A stretch of DNA of 64,000 nt from Schizosaccharomyces osmophilus (taxonomy: Eukaryota): assembly GCF_027921745.1 (NCBI RefSeq), contig NC_079238.1, positions 1,922,001-1,986,000 on the forward strand. Reading direction: 5' to 3'. How positions within the stretch are numbered: position 1 is the stretch's first letter; the number at the start of each line of letters is the position of its first letter. The notes beneath the pieces were generated by a model, which was not told where the DNA came from, searched no databases, and saw only the letters and a program-made list of their open reading frames with translations. The translations under genes and the position numbers were made by a program. This document shows positions 48,791-61,903 of this stretch, piece by piece.

Positions 48791-51261
48791 CTATTGCGAG
48801 CTAAGCAAAATATTTATCGCCTAGAAAATGATTAGTAGGTGAAATGAAACAACTTATTGTATATACTTCAGCTATTCAGTAGAGAACAACGTAGCTCAAG
48901 CTCTTAAACATACCTCGTTTGCATCATAGTTAACTGCCGTCAAGGCAATAAGGCTTTTATCTTTGGGGAAACCCATAGATAGTAGTTCCTGTAGAATTTC
49001 AGACTTTCTATTGTCATGCGTTCCACCGCCCGTTGCTTGCGGATTGCGGCGTCCATCTTGGCTTTCAACAGCATGATAAGGAGGCACTTGGTTGGATGGA
49101 GCATTCGGGTGAACTGAAGAACTCATAGACGATCTCGTAGAGCTTTTAGGAGCGGAATGAGCGGAAGCAAAAGATGGCTGAGCTCTCTGGTCACGAGCAG
49201 CTTCAGGAAGTAAAACTGGTGAATTAACACCACTTGTGGCATTTGGACTTGGTGCATCCACGAGAACTTCGTCTATTTTGCTTCGTAGTTGTTTTAATTC
49301 TTTAATAAGCTGTCTCTTATCCATCGTAAGTGACCCGACTTGAGCACTAAGCTGCTGATTGGTCATTAGGTTTCGGGAAATTGATTGTTGGGTGGTTTCT
49401 TTCAATTGAGAGATTTCATTCAATTCATCACGAAGACGCTGAACATGCAATCTCTGTTGATGAGCGCCAGATTCAATTCTATCATGGCTTTGTTGAATCG
49501 TTTCTAAAGTGAATTTAGAAGAATTGATTTGCTTCTGCAAATCATCAATTTCTGCAGGGTCAACCGCAGCTTCCTTCGGTTCCTCTTTTGCGAAAGACTT
49601 TTCCGGTTTAATTGTATGTACGGATGGTAAATTCATAAAGTTCGCATGCTCTTGCTGAGAAAAAGTTGTAGAAGCGGGTGGATGGTCAGTTTGAGGATCT
49701 GTTGTCCAGTTCGCGTGAGATGGTTGAAAGTTTCTTTCATCAAAGTCGTTCTCCAAGGTAGGGTTATTAGCCTCAGCTACTTCTTTCGTAGGCTCAGGCA
49801 CATAGAAGGTCTTGTCACCACCCGGAACTAGATTTTCAATTGTTTGGTCAAGTGTCGGAAGAGATACATAGTTTTCGGGTTCATTCGTTGGATTACTATC
49901 AAAGTGTGAAGACTCGGCAGATTCACGCACAAAGTTGGAAGGATGCTCTTCTTCGTCTTTCGAAACATTGGTATTTTCAAACATCCCCGAAGAAATCGGG
50001 GGATATTCAGCAAGTGGACTTGCGTCAGAAGAGGATTCATCTTTGCTTGGGAATGTGCTTTGTTCCCCAGAACCTGACGAGACTATGCTATCCAAAGATT
50101 GGCCAGTAAGTCTTAATTTAATGATTTGCATAGCAATGAGAAATTCGGCTTTCACAATAAAACCTTTATCATCCTTATCAGCAATTTCCCATATTCTGGC
50201 AAGCTCATCAGGATCAAGTCGAGATGCCATGAAAAAGGGAACGGCTTCATCTCCAGTTATAAAGCCTTTATTTTGATCGTCAATTTTAATAAAGAGTTTA
50301 GAAAAGTTTTCTCGATCTTCTGGTTCTATAAATTTACCAACGAAATCTAATGAGTGACTTTTGGATTCTTCTGGTGAAGAAATTGAAGGAATACTTGAAC
50401 CAGATTTGCTATAGTCTGTTTCCTGCTTCGATTCGGGAACAACATCATTCCCATAAAAAGGTTCAGTATTGGCAGAGGAGGATAAGGCATCACTCTTCGC
50501 TGAGTCAACAACATAAGAAGGAAGCGACCTGGGTAAGTGGACAAGATTATACTTTTTGCAAAGCATAATCAAATGCTTAGCAATGACATATTGCTCGACT
50601 CTCAGATAGCCAACATGTCCTGAATCTGCCAGATTCCAAATCTGAGCCAACACCGTCGTAGAAAGCCCCGATTGAAGAAACAGTGGTTTAGCAATGGAGC
50701 TAGGCATAAGGCTTGAATCTACTCTATCTTCAATTTTATCCATATGCTCTTGAAATTCATTTTCAGATTCGGATCGTAGATGCGGATCCACAAGTTGACG
50801 GAATGGGCTAAGATCCGTCGTATGATCTGAAGTTGGAAGGTTTGTTAACTCATCCTCATGAGGAAATAAAGGAGGAGTGCCAGCTTGTTCGATAGTTAAA
50901 AGTCCGTTCGAAAAATCATTACTTACCTTTCGACACGTCCAGGTCCCGTAATGGTACACCCTTTTGAGCTTGCGCTACAAAGCGAAGGCAAGCGTAAGCT
51001 TGGTTTCGGGTGAAGTAGCCTTTGTCTTCTTCATCGCAAAAGTCCCAAATCTGTAAAACCGTGTTAATATGGGCACCTGATTGTTAACTGTCATTGATTT
51101 GTACATACTTTTGCTAAAGTTTTTTGCGGAAGTTCAAATTTGATAAGGAAAGGGCCGATGACTGACCCCGGAAAGCAATTTGTGTCTTCGACCGGTAAAG
51201 TCTGGAGCATTTCATCAAATGCCTGTTGCTCCGTAGGTGTTAATTGCACAGGAGGCATCAT
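48791..51261 (-). CDS. ucp8: EH-domain/UBA protein Ucp8 (Ede1/Eps15-like); introns 51108-51051, 50926-50884, 48913-48821
   Basis: Three EH-like repeats (LAKIWD, LAQIWNLAD, LARIWEIAD), coiled coil, C-terminal UBA LLSMGF..YDANE/AINILL completed by the last exon. Confidence 0.85.
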
Positions 51262-52327
51262 ATTTAAAATATCAATGGACGACACGTAGAATCTACAATG
51301 TAAAAGTAGAAATTAATAATATGCAAGAAAGCTTTGTGGATGGTAACACATAAAGTGTTTGATACAACACGCGAATATTGTTTAGACAGCCTGGTTTGTC
51401 TACAGATACTTTCGTTCGATAATTTGATTTATACGTTCTTTTAAATTCAGTCCTTGAGTGATGTGAATCGAGCTATGCGAGACGTGAATTGAAACTAAAT
51501 GTTAGGTGTTTCCGTGAATGAAAAGATTCGGAATCAAGTCAAACACAATGTATAGTAATCGAATATAAAGAAAAAACCAAAGAAGAATATCAAAAAACTC
51601 ACACTTTCGTTCTGTACTTACGACAATTTCTGCTGCGTAGTGGTTAGAATGTATGCATACGTCAAGGATACACGACTCGGTTTAAATCATTATATATGAG
51701 AATGAAAGAGGAATGCTGCTTAATCGAACAGTAAGATGAGATTAATTAAAAATAAAATAAAATTTAACAAAAACAAAAATAAAACTTATTTATTCAACTA
51801 TAAGTTTATAACACAATTAGAAATGAGGAACCGCGATTATGATTCCAAGAGAAGTAACCGGTACTAAGAAGCCAATATTCTTGTTGTGCGTAGTGTAAAA
51901 AGTAAAAGGCTGTTTCTGTTTATCTTCACCTGGCTGCGTTTCATTTGGCTCAATCTTGTGTTCTTTAAAATATAACTTTCAATACTTGAAAGATAGAGGA
52001 ACACAGCCATTTCCTGACATTCATCACCAGCGAAATATGTTATCCTTTTTTAAAGCGTCAAAAACTCCTTGAAATGGCTTTCCATGTGAGAGATGTTGTT
52101 CAACAGAAAGTAGATAAAGTATGCTGCACTAAGTAAGTCATGCCCTTCCCAGTTTGATAAAACATTTGAAGGATACAATTCGTGTTTCAAAATATTAAGA
52201 AAAGATGTGTTGGAGTGCTGATGGGCTATCCACGAATCCGTTGGATTTTCCCAACTGACACTCATTTTCACTACCGCGTCTCTCTTTGATAGACCGAACT
52301 TTTGGAGTATTGATTTCTAAGTGATCA

Positions 52328-55279
52328 ATGATGCGTCGCAGTGGAAGTAAAGAATCTACTGTTGTATGTTAATTTCTTCCAGCAAAGGAAAAACTTGTAC
52401 ATTAACTGTTTGACTAGGTTTACTCTGCTCTTTCTTTGGCACAATCCGGTCGCGGTTCTGAGGCTATTGCTCTCTTAGAGCCATTAAAGTCGACTGTTAT
52501 TAGTAGCCTAGATTTAATTGATATAATCCAGGCTGTATATGAGGATCAAAAACGAGGTATGTTGAATATTCGAAAAAGGTACTTTCTCTATAACATCATT
52601 CATGTCTTTCGCACAAAGAACAATCCTAAGTTAGAAATACATGTTTAAAGAATATGTAGAGCTAGCGAAAGAAAAAGATCCTGTCTTGCTGTTTGATTTG
52701 TGAGAGTAAAACTTGAGAAATATTTCTAGAGAAAATAACCTGAAAGATATTTTTGCTAACTTAGAGCATTACAGGAGAAGAATCTTTTCAGTTTTGGGAA
52801 AAATTTCTTCAAGTTCATGGCAAAAATGAAAAAAACTTATCAGCCTATTTCAAGGCTGCAGTGAGGACAAAGAGCTTTAGTCACCAAAGAAAGGTATACT
52901 TTTTTTTAATTTACTATGTGATACTAAACATTTTTTTAGGCCGCTGTCGAACTGCAAAAGCTGTTTCCTTCACGCCAACACACTATGTGGGTTCTTTCCT
53001 CTCTGTATATGTTATGCAAACGCTCAGAAAATGAGTTGGAGAAGCGCTTATTGAAAGCACTTGCCGAAAAGACAGCAAGCATTACGTTTTCCGAACCATC
53101 CGGACGCATAGATTCTTGTGAACAATGTCATCTTTTCCTGGACATACTTACATTGGTCGAGAAAAAAAACGATGCTGTGGAACTACTTTTGGATGAAAAA
53201 ACGCAGAAATTTATAGAGGCTGATGCTGACCTGCTTCTTCGAAAACTTCAACTTCTCGCTGACTGCGAGCGCTGGGACACCTTGTTTTCCGTTGCTTCCA
53301 AGTGTTTCCAAGATGATGGAAATATCGACTGGAAAGTTTGCAAGGCTCTTCTAGACTGCTCCACTCACGACAAACAAAAGTAAGCATATTTGATGCCATT
53401 ATGAATATAAGCTAATTCAAGTAAAGAATCAAACCTGTTCAGGAGCTTTCTCACAGTGCCTTAACTACTTCTCACTCTCAGAGAAACCTCCATCTTCTTT
53501 GGATCCATTTTACATCTCAATTCCTAAACGATGAACTCTTTAACGCAATTTTGAACTACGTTTTAAAGATGTACGCCAAACCCATTGTTTTTGAAGACAT
53601 AGTACCTTTTCTGCAGAAATTGAGTAACGAATCCAAAGCCCAATTGCTAAAGAGTTTTTCCATCGAAAGTTTGCCAGAAGCTAGCAAGGTAATCCCATTA
53701 CATTTGCATACGCAAATTAGTGCTAACATTTTTTTTTAGTCTCAAAAAATTGACAAGCTAGTCGCTAAGGTTTTGTTCCTTAAAATCAGATTTTTCTGTT
53801 TTGAATCTTTCGCTGAGAAAAACGTAACTGACTTTTTGCAAGACTGCTTCAACGTTTATCAGGAGGGCTTGTCTTTGAGTGATGATATATTGCCTACAGA
53901 TTTTACTCACGGATATGAGGCTTTGCTGCTGGCTGTCCATGCACTCATATACTTTAAGGACTATGCATCTTTGCCAAGTGGGGTAATGCAAGGGATTATT
54001 TTTGATGCTATCTGTTTATTAGAGAAAGGTCTTACGAGCAACCTTCATAACTTCCACTTAAAGCTTCCTTTGATTCGTTTGTATTTGCTCTTGGACGGGG
54101 GATTTCCTGCTGCTTGCAAAATTTATGATACTATGTCTATCAAACAAGTTCAGAATGATACTTTGGATCATTATCTCTTGACAAGAGCGACTACACATTT
54201 TCCTTCAAACTTGTCTGCTCAATACATAAATGCGAGTATGCGAATTTATGCTTCGAATGAATTTGAAACTCCAGAAATGATTTCCAACGCGTATGAGGAG
54301 GATGCTTACTCGCAGATTGAGGATATGTGTCAATTCCGCTCACGTCTTGACCACAGCATGTGGAAAAGTATCGTGTTAGTAGAGCGGGCTAGGTGTTATT
54401 ATTTAAACAACTACAAAGCTCCTCAACAATATTTACCCAAATGCTCGAATCCAAAAGACAATCGAGATCTGGAAGTCTTTGTTAATTATGCCTCTCCAAA
54501 GTTCCCTACTGCTGAATATATGTTAAGAAACGCTCCTCTTCCATCCACCGCTTGGGTCCATTTGTTTGTGATAGGACACATGCTTGTACAAGAGGACATC
54601 GTGAATGGAAGATGGGAAGTAGCAGGATCTCATGTTAAGGAAATGGAATCTATTCGCGATAACAATAGGTTGGAAGAACAGCTGACCTCCGAAGAAATAA
54701 AGCACGTGAATCTTTTGATCCTACTCGGTAACTTGAGCTTGACCATTACTTCCGATAGCTACGATAAATCGAAACTGGAGGAAATTTCTGCATTGACTCA
54801 TTCTTTAGAATACGAAAACAGCACTTCCCTTGCTGTAATTACAAAGCAGACTGAAGTACGTAACATCGTGTGAATAAAGAAAACTAACAGTCGATAGATT
54901 TTGAATGATTTAATCACCTGTCTCAACAGCTTCGTTTTTCATGTTTCTTCCTCCAAGAAAAAAGAATTCATGAGGGAATATCAAGCTATAAAAAATGTGG
55001 TTAATTCAAAACTCGGTAGTATAACCTCCGTGTCAAAGTATAAAAAGAAAAACGCTCGAAAGCTTGTGTCTGAGTTGTTAAGTCACTCCTGGCTTAATAA
55101 ATCGTCTTTACAACAGGTATGTTTTGATAGTATTTATTGAAATTATTAGGCGCTAATCATTTTTATTGTAGCTACCTTTTGACCAAAAATTTGCCAAGCA
55201 AATTATGGAGAGTATGATAGATTCATTTACTCAGACGGGAGATGCTGTTGGAAAGCTCTCGAAATTTGTGAAATTTTAG
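52328..55279 (+). CDS. naa25: NatB auxiliary subunit Naa25/Mdm20 (about seven introns)
   Basis: MMRRSGSKESTV/VYSALSLAQ.., NFHLKLPLIRLY..MSIKQVQNDTLDHY..ETPEMISNAYE..YSQI..FRSRLDHS motifs of NatB_MDM20. Confidence 0.88.
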
Positions 55280-55313
55280 AATTATTCATAACAAATAAAA
55301 GTATTGATTGCAC

Positions 55314-56290
55314 TTAAAGTCGAACTCGACTTCTTTCATAAGCTGATGTTAAAGAAACAGTGCCAGAACCTCTACGGAAATAAACGTAAAGCATAATAGC
55401 AGACAGTAAACTCAAAGAATACCTAAGTTTCGTTAGTAATATAATTCTTTTAAAACCCCAGTGTATAAATACCAAGTAATAATATATTCTGTATGTCGAT
55501 TAAAGATTTCGACACGAGGAGGATGACCCAAAGGAATGCCTTTTTGTATCATTGTAGCTTCTTCAAAACGGGAAAGCTCGGGTCCTAATTGAGTGACTAA
55601 AATAGGAAGGGTATTTTTAAGACCTGCAAATTCGTGAACGTCTAAAAAGAAAAAGGAGCCTGTGGATGGGTCATTGTTCATCATGAGCTTTGGTTTTTCG
55701 GTATGCTTTCTCAATAATCCCTCAATTTGTACTGTATTAGTGGGTACGGAAGTGCTATCTCGAAGAGATGGATCACCTAAAGACCTGGAAATCCAACCCC
55801 GGTTCACCAAAATACGACGGCCATCTTCGAGAACAAACGGGGTGACTACATGAAATCCTGGACTTCCATCCTTCGTCCTTGGGCCAACAAGCATTTCTTG
55901 ATCATTACAAAATGTACCTTTGAGAGCAAGTTTGGTCCACTCCTTGTCTTGGATATCGTTTTCTCTGGAAAATGTTTTGTTAGTGACACTTATTAATTAC
56001 ATAGAGAAGTCTAAAAACACGTACTGTAGATTTGAGGGAAGGGGTACAGGATTTTGTTTCAGTTTGTCTGTCAAAGTATCAATGATGCCAACTTTCCATT
56101 CGCGGCGCTTTACCTGCCAAGTACCTAATCCAAAACAAATGATAGGCACAGCAGTCAAAAGACCAACGATGAAGTTGTTTTTCTTAGGGGCAACAGAGGT
56201 AGCCTCGATTGTCCCTATCGATCGAAAAATTGGCGATTGAAACCTTGCCTTAAAAAAAGGAAGCGTTTTCGGTAATCTTTTCCAAATCAT
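55314..56290 (-). CDS. shy1: Cytochrome c oxidase assembly factor Shy1/SURF1 (two coding introns)
   Basis: [38 protein letters not shown]1 motifs. Confidence 0.95.
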
Positions 56291-57107
56291 TCCAACTATG
56301 TATTAGAGAAAACCATAGACTTTTTTAAATATAGATCATCGTTTGCCAAGGACACTTACCTGAACGAGAATAAACACTATACACTTGTCAATAGTAAGTA
56401 GGATATCTTTTGTGAAAAATAAATTGATGCTTAAAGCTAAAGGAAATTTCAATTGAAAAGGGCTGAAGGGGAAATCGATGTTTGGAAATAGCGATGAAAA
56501 AGAGTTATGATGGTTTCCTTTCAAACTTCTATGGTGGAAGACTTGTGACACACGGTGAGTTGTAGGCGAATTCCATCGGTCGTTTGGCATAGTTTTCTAC
56601 TAAAAATTTGTTTATATTTTATTTTCTTTTCTAGTAAAAAACCATGAAAACTCGGTGATTTTTTGAATGGTCATTTGGCTAAACACAAGAAACCATATTT
56701 CATGAAGCTTTCGTCTAAATGTAAACGCTTTATAGCCGAGGTACCTGGAAACAATGTATAAGCAGAATCAAAAGTGTATACCGAACCTTTTCCTATCCTA
56801 AGGAATTTCCTAAATGAATATCTGATTGAGTATAAAGCCTCTTGAAGCTTTTTTATTTTTTATTTTCGGAACCCAGTCTGACAAAGGTTTCGGTGTGATT
56901 TCATCAACTCAAAGATTTAGGGTTACTTGAGATAATTCTATTAGCTGCAAATCATTTCGACCATATACGCTCTAAGAATTGCCTTCATAAACACAAAAAC
57001 GAGCACAAAGACTATGGATAATGACAAAATGACAAATACAATGATCCTTACCAGTCTTTTCCATGATTTAAGTTATATTTTCTATTCTACCAACCCTTTC
57101 AAGTCAA

Positions 57108-57179
57108 GCCCTTATGGCTTAGTGGTACAGCATCGCACTTGTAATGCGAAGATCCTCGGTTCGATTCCGAGTGAGGGCA
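57108..57179 (+). tRNA. tRNA-Thr, anticodon UGU
   Basis: Acceptor stem GCCCTTA/TGAGGGC-A, A box TGGCTTAGTGG, anticodon arm TCGCA-CT-TGT-AA-TGCGA, B box GGTTCGATTCC. TATA at about -34 and T5 terminator at 57199-57203. Confidence 0.97.
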
Positions 57180-57224
57180 TCTTATTACAAAGAAAGACTT
57201 TTTGTCTTTTAATTGTTGGAAATG

Positions 57225-57225
<1 letters not shown>

Positions 57226-57257
<32 letters not shown>
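57226..57257. repeat. poly(dT) tract, 32 nt
   Basis: Direct count, downstream of the tRNA gene. Confidence 0.95.
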
Positions 57258-57261
<4 letters not shown>

Positions 57262-57677
57262 GACTTGGAAGATTTTGAGTACAAATGATGCATTCAGGTC
57301 AAAAAGAAAATCTGATGCCTGCATACTTTTTGTTGGTCTATTTATACAATTTGTTTACATGGGTATGGTGTATAGAGGCCATGAGGTTGGCTCTTCTGGG
57401 TACTTTTAATTTAAAAGTAGATACATCACTACTAATAGCTTATTTCTCATTTATTCTTTGGATCGTATAATTGTCTCATACATTGTCAAAAGTTAAAAAA
57501 AAAAAAAAACACTGCCAGCACCACAGCTATATTTAATTATTTAAACACTTCCTCCACCAAATCTTCGAGTTTTAGGATACACGGTATTTGCTATAAATAT
57601 GATAAAAAATTTCTATAAAAACTGCTTGTGTATTAAAATGTACAAAATTTCATTAAACCGTCATTGTTTGTCTAGGT

Positions 57678-57738
57678 ACGCGTCTCCATATGAAGACAGA
57701 GACGCGTCAGCTTAAGTTGCCCTTTACCAAACACGCGT
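57678..57738 (+). promoter_or_regulatory. Three MCB elements (ACGCGT at 57678, 57702, 57733) upstream of pht1
   Basis: Direct reading. ACGCGT is the established MBF (Cdc10-Res1/2) site. Confidence 0.75.
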
Positions 57739-57778
57739 ATCATAACGCAAAACTCCCAATTGCTTTCAATTTTTAAAA

Positions 57779-58204
57779 ATGCTGTCTGGAGGGGGAAAAG
57801 GAAAACATGTTGGAGGAAAAGGAGGATCCAAAGTTGGCGAACGCGGACAAATGTCCCATTCAGCGCGAGCTGGACTCCAATTTCCAGTTGGACGTGTAAG
57901 GAGATTTCTTAAGGCTAAAACTCAAAATAATATGCGCGTCGGTGCGAAAAGTGCCGTATACAGTGCTGCTGTCTTGGAATACTTGACCGCTGAAGTTTTG
58001 GAATTGGCTGGCAATGCGGCCAAAGACTTAAAAGTCAAGCGTATCACTCCTAGACACTTGCAATTGGCCATCCGTGGAGATGAAGAATTGGATACCTTAA
58101 TTCGTGCTACTATTGCTGGTGGTGGTGTTTTGCCGCACATCAATAAACAATTGTTGATCCGTACGAAGGAAAAGTACCCCGAAGAAGAAGAAGAAGTTAT
58201 CTAA
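57779..58204 (+). CDS. pht1: Histone variant H2A.Z
   Basis: [55 protein letters not shown]. Confidence 0.98.
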   Translation: MLSGGGKGKHVGGKGGSKVGERGQMSHSARAGLQFPVGRVRRFLKAKTQNNMRVGAKSAVYSAAVLEYLTAEVLELAGNAAKDLKVKRITPRHLQLAIRGDEELDTLIRATIAGGGVLPHINKQLLIRTKEKYPEEEEEVI

Positions 58205-59171
58205 TGGTTTTCATCGTCATAAGCATTGTATAATTGATCTGTACATATGATTTCGGTGGATGCTTATCTTCTTTAAATCTAATTATTGAATATGTCAACC
58301 TTTTTCTACGACGTACGCCATCCCTTTCACGTTTCATACACTTGGACTCTTATGTATATATAGGACTTTTGGAAGAAGCTTCCTTGAGTTAATTTTGGTA
58401 TTTTCAATAACTGTGCAATCCTCTTTGGAAGCCCTCTACTCTTTTTAATGAGTTCAGATAGTTTCTTTGTATCAGCCATTCCTAACACACATATATTTTT
58501 CTTCTTGTTGCCCGTACTTGAACTATTTTTTTAATGTATACTTGGTTGCAATACATTATGTACGACTCAAGAGTGAGCTGTATACGAAAAGTTGGCTCAG
58601 TGTTTTCAATTGCCTGCTCCATCTCCGTGCGAAATGCAATGTTTCGTCGGTTTGGAAAGACCATTGTACAATTAATATATTTTTATTGAATAAAAAAAGG
58701 AATAGATTTATTACTAATCAATAAAGGAAGGACATAGGTAAATGAACTTAGACGTTCCTAAAGATTAAGTATAGACTCGTATAAAGATAAAAAGATGGTA
58801 TATAAACGATAGTATGAAAGACGAGGAAAATAATAAAAGCACAAAGATTGAGATTTACAGAAAGGCCATACGATTTATCCCATTAGTGAATGGTGAGTTT
58901 GACCTAGTATATCCAAGTATGATACTCCTTACAAGGTATGAGAATGTAATAAGTCGTTTAGCGCATTCTGTGTCAGTAACAGGACCATGTAGTCAGTCAA
59001 ACGCCTGACGACTTCAATAGCACGATAAAAACATAGTCCAGAAATAAAATGAGGGTTAAATACGAGTTATCATATATAAAAAAACCTTAGATCCGCATAC
59101 GTATAATAATAGCCGGTAATAATGAGATATATATAGAATGCATAAGAAAATGACAGTACAGCATCTAACTC

Positions 59172-60356
59172 TCACACAAAAGTCTCTCCATATTCTCGTA
59201 AATATGGCTGCTGCAGAGCTCTCTTAGCACTGATTCGATGGGCCGGATCGTAAACAAGCATAGCCTAAAATATTCGTTAGTGTCCAAACTTAGATGGATG
59301 ACAACAGCAGTTGGGAAGCTACTTACCGAAAGCAACTCGATTGCAGTTTCTTCGCCGTTAGGTATAACTCTATGAAGATCTACGCGCTTCCAACGAGGAA
59401 AGGTAGATTTGTAATCCTGTAAAAGCGTAACGCCCGGCCACACTTCTTCGTTTGGAGTTCCCAAGACCTGGAAGATTTTAAAAATCTCATCAATTTCAGA
59501 GTCACCCGGAAACAATGGTGTACGGCGGATCATTTCAGCAAATATGCAACCAACACTCCATATGTCAACACCGGTGGAGTAATGTCGAGATCCTAAAAGA
59601 ACTTCTGGAGCTCGATACCACAATGTAACAATCTGATTTAGTTAGTTATTATCAAACTAAATTTGATAAGACATACCTCATGTGTATAGTTACGTAAAGG
59701 TACACCAAAAGACCTAGCAAGACCAAAATCCGCTAATTTGAGATTTCCTTCTTTGTCAATTAATAGATTCTGAGGCTTCAAATCTCGATGAATGATTCTC
59801 CGGGAATGACAAAAGTTGACACCGTTCACTAATTGATATGCAAATTTTTGAACTAGTCTTGGGTCTAGTGCAGATGCTCCGGTTTCTGATATCCTATCCA
59901 TGTACTTTTTCAAATCCATATCTAAAAACTCGAATACCAAGTATAGTTTGGATTCAGCATGCAAGATGTCTAAAAGACTGTATAAATTGTTAATATTTAG
60001 ATAAAATAAAGCGCTAGATCAAAAGAGGAAAGCAACGTCTTCGTGGATCCTCGCTAGTTTTCTATTTTCTTACCGAACACAATTTGAGCGATTACTTTCA
60101 TCGTTCACCTCCTTTAGTAATGAAATTTCCCGAATAGCTGTACTCGGAACTCCTTCGGACTCGTCTTCCAGGCGTATTTTTTTCATAGCGACGATGCGTC
60201 CCGAAGACTTGTGTTTCGCTTTATAAACAACACCGTAGGTTCCTAGCAAAACATTAGTAAGAAAAGTTCATCAAGTGCTGTAAAAGATGTTTCCTCTTTC
60301 TTTAAGAAACCGATTTTACCTTCACCAATCTTTTCTACTTTTACATAGTTATCCAT
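59172..60356 (-). CDS. cdc2: Cyclin-dependent kinase Cdc2/CDK1, 301 aa; introns 60319-60243, 60073-59978, 59676-59633, 59326-59265
   Basis: [55 protein letters not shown]; four introns with frames checked by hand. Confidence 0.98.
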
Positions 60357-61231
60357 CTTGGGGAAGACGAAAAAGAAGGTAAAACAAACTTTTAAGCCAA
60401 ATAGCTATTGGTACACTTTTTTTTGGTAGTTTCCAAAGGGTATTTGGTATGTGTTGTGGAGTAGCTGAACCACTACAATAACATTACTCAGGACGAAAAA
60501 ATAGAAGGAACAAAGAAGCAACACTGAGGATTTATTGGAATAATATAAGCAACCAAAAGTATTCGTTGCCAAATATTTCATTCATAACACTAAAGTATAA
60601 ACAAGAAGGAATAATTTTATCAAGAAAGCAGGAAATCCTGTATGGAGTCCGTAGAATTGAAACTGAAGAACAATAGAGACAAAGAAATTAAACGGATACA
60701 TGGCTTAAATTTCTATTTACATTTTGAATAAGCAAATTAAAGGAACATGAAAATGAATGCAATGAAGAAATAGTTATACAGAAGCAAGTAAACGTAAATG
60801 AAGAGCTCTATGAATCAATTAGACGATATCGAAAACCAAGGCAGTAAAAGAATTGAAAGGGAGCAATTGAAAACAACCCAACGTAGAGAATTGACGAGAG
60901 TGAATGCTACTTGTCTGCTAGAATGATATTTGTTCTCTTTATTTCGAGCTAAACTGCTATGTTGACTATATTGACAAAACCTGGTAAAAAAGAAAAGCAT
61001 AAAGATTCAAGTTTGTTTACATCACCGATGATTTATCAAAGGCTTTTAAATTCTTCACCTTCATAGACGATGAAGAAAAAAATGTTTTTTTTGTTTCGGT
61101 TTTTGTTTTTTGAATTGCAAACATCAAACATGGTGAAAGAGTCACATTATCCTCGGATATTTCATCTCGCAAATACATTAAATAGCATGATAAGTTTGTA
61201 AAAGGAGAAGACTTCTTCATGTAACAATAAA

Positions 61232-61903
61232 TTAAAAGAAGCCACCACCACCATCAAAGTCATTATTGCCAAAATCACCACCTCCATTAAAGTCACCACC
61301 GTCACCGCCGTAACCATCATCTCCATAATAATTATTCTCTACAACGGTATTATCATTATCATGATCAAAAACATCGTCGAAAGCATGCATTGCTAAACCA
61401 CCAGCGGCCATTCCTCCGAGACCTGTCATTAAGGGATTGGATAATAGACCGCCGCCTCCTCCAAATCTGCTAGGACGGCTAGCATTTCCACCAGCGGGAG
61501 CATAGCCATATCCTGGGCCAGGAGGACCAGCAGGATAACCAGAGCCTCCGCCGTAAGGAGGATATCCTCCATATCCAGGCTGGCCACCGTATGAAGGTTG
61601 TTGGTTACTGCCTCCGTGATGTAAACGGCTAAAAATTCCTCTATCTCCTGAACCACCAGCAGCAGCAGCAGGGGTAGGAGAAGGGCCTCCGGCAGTATGA
61701 TTAGTGTAAGGTGGAGGGGGTTCTGTTGAAGGAGCAGAGTGTTCTTTGCTAGGAGGAGGAGGAATGCTCAAGTTGGGTACTGGGCAATCCCATTGAGGCT
61801 GAGGTTTTGAGGACTTTTCGTTAACATAAAAGTAACGTTCATAGCGAGGATCCCATTGCGCAACCCAACCATCAGGTAATCCTTGACGAGTTTGGTAAGC
61901 CAT
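61232..61903 (-). CDS. WW-domain, Gly/Pro-rich protein (Wwm1-like)
   Basis: ATG at 61903: [38 protein letters not shown] motif, Gly/Asp-rich tail. Confidence 0.85.
   Translation of the reverse strand: MAYQTRQGLPDGWVAQWDPRYERYFYVNEKSSKPQPQWDCPVPNLSIPPPPSKEHSAPSTEPPPPYTNHTAGGPSPTPAAAAGGSGDRGIFSRLHHGGSNQQPSYGGQPGYGGYPPYGGGSGYPAGPPGPGYGYAPAGGNASRPSRFGGGGGLLSNPLMTGLGGMAAGGLAMHAFDDVFDHDNDNTVVENNYYGDDGYGGDGGDFNGGGDFGNNDFDGGGGFF

Noticed and set aside
52600..52705. Possible cassette or poison exon inside the long second naa25 intron
   Set aside because: Weak branch and donor signals; cannot be supported without RNA data.
57014..57409. 131-aa ORF with a poly-Phe run
   Set aside because: Artefact of reading through the tRNA gene and the poly(dT) tract.
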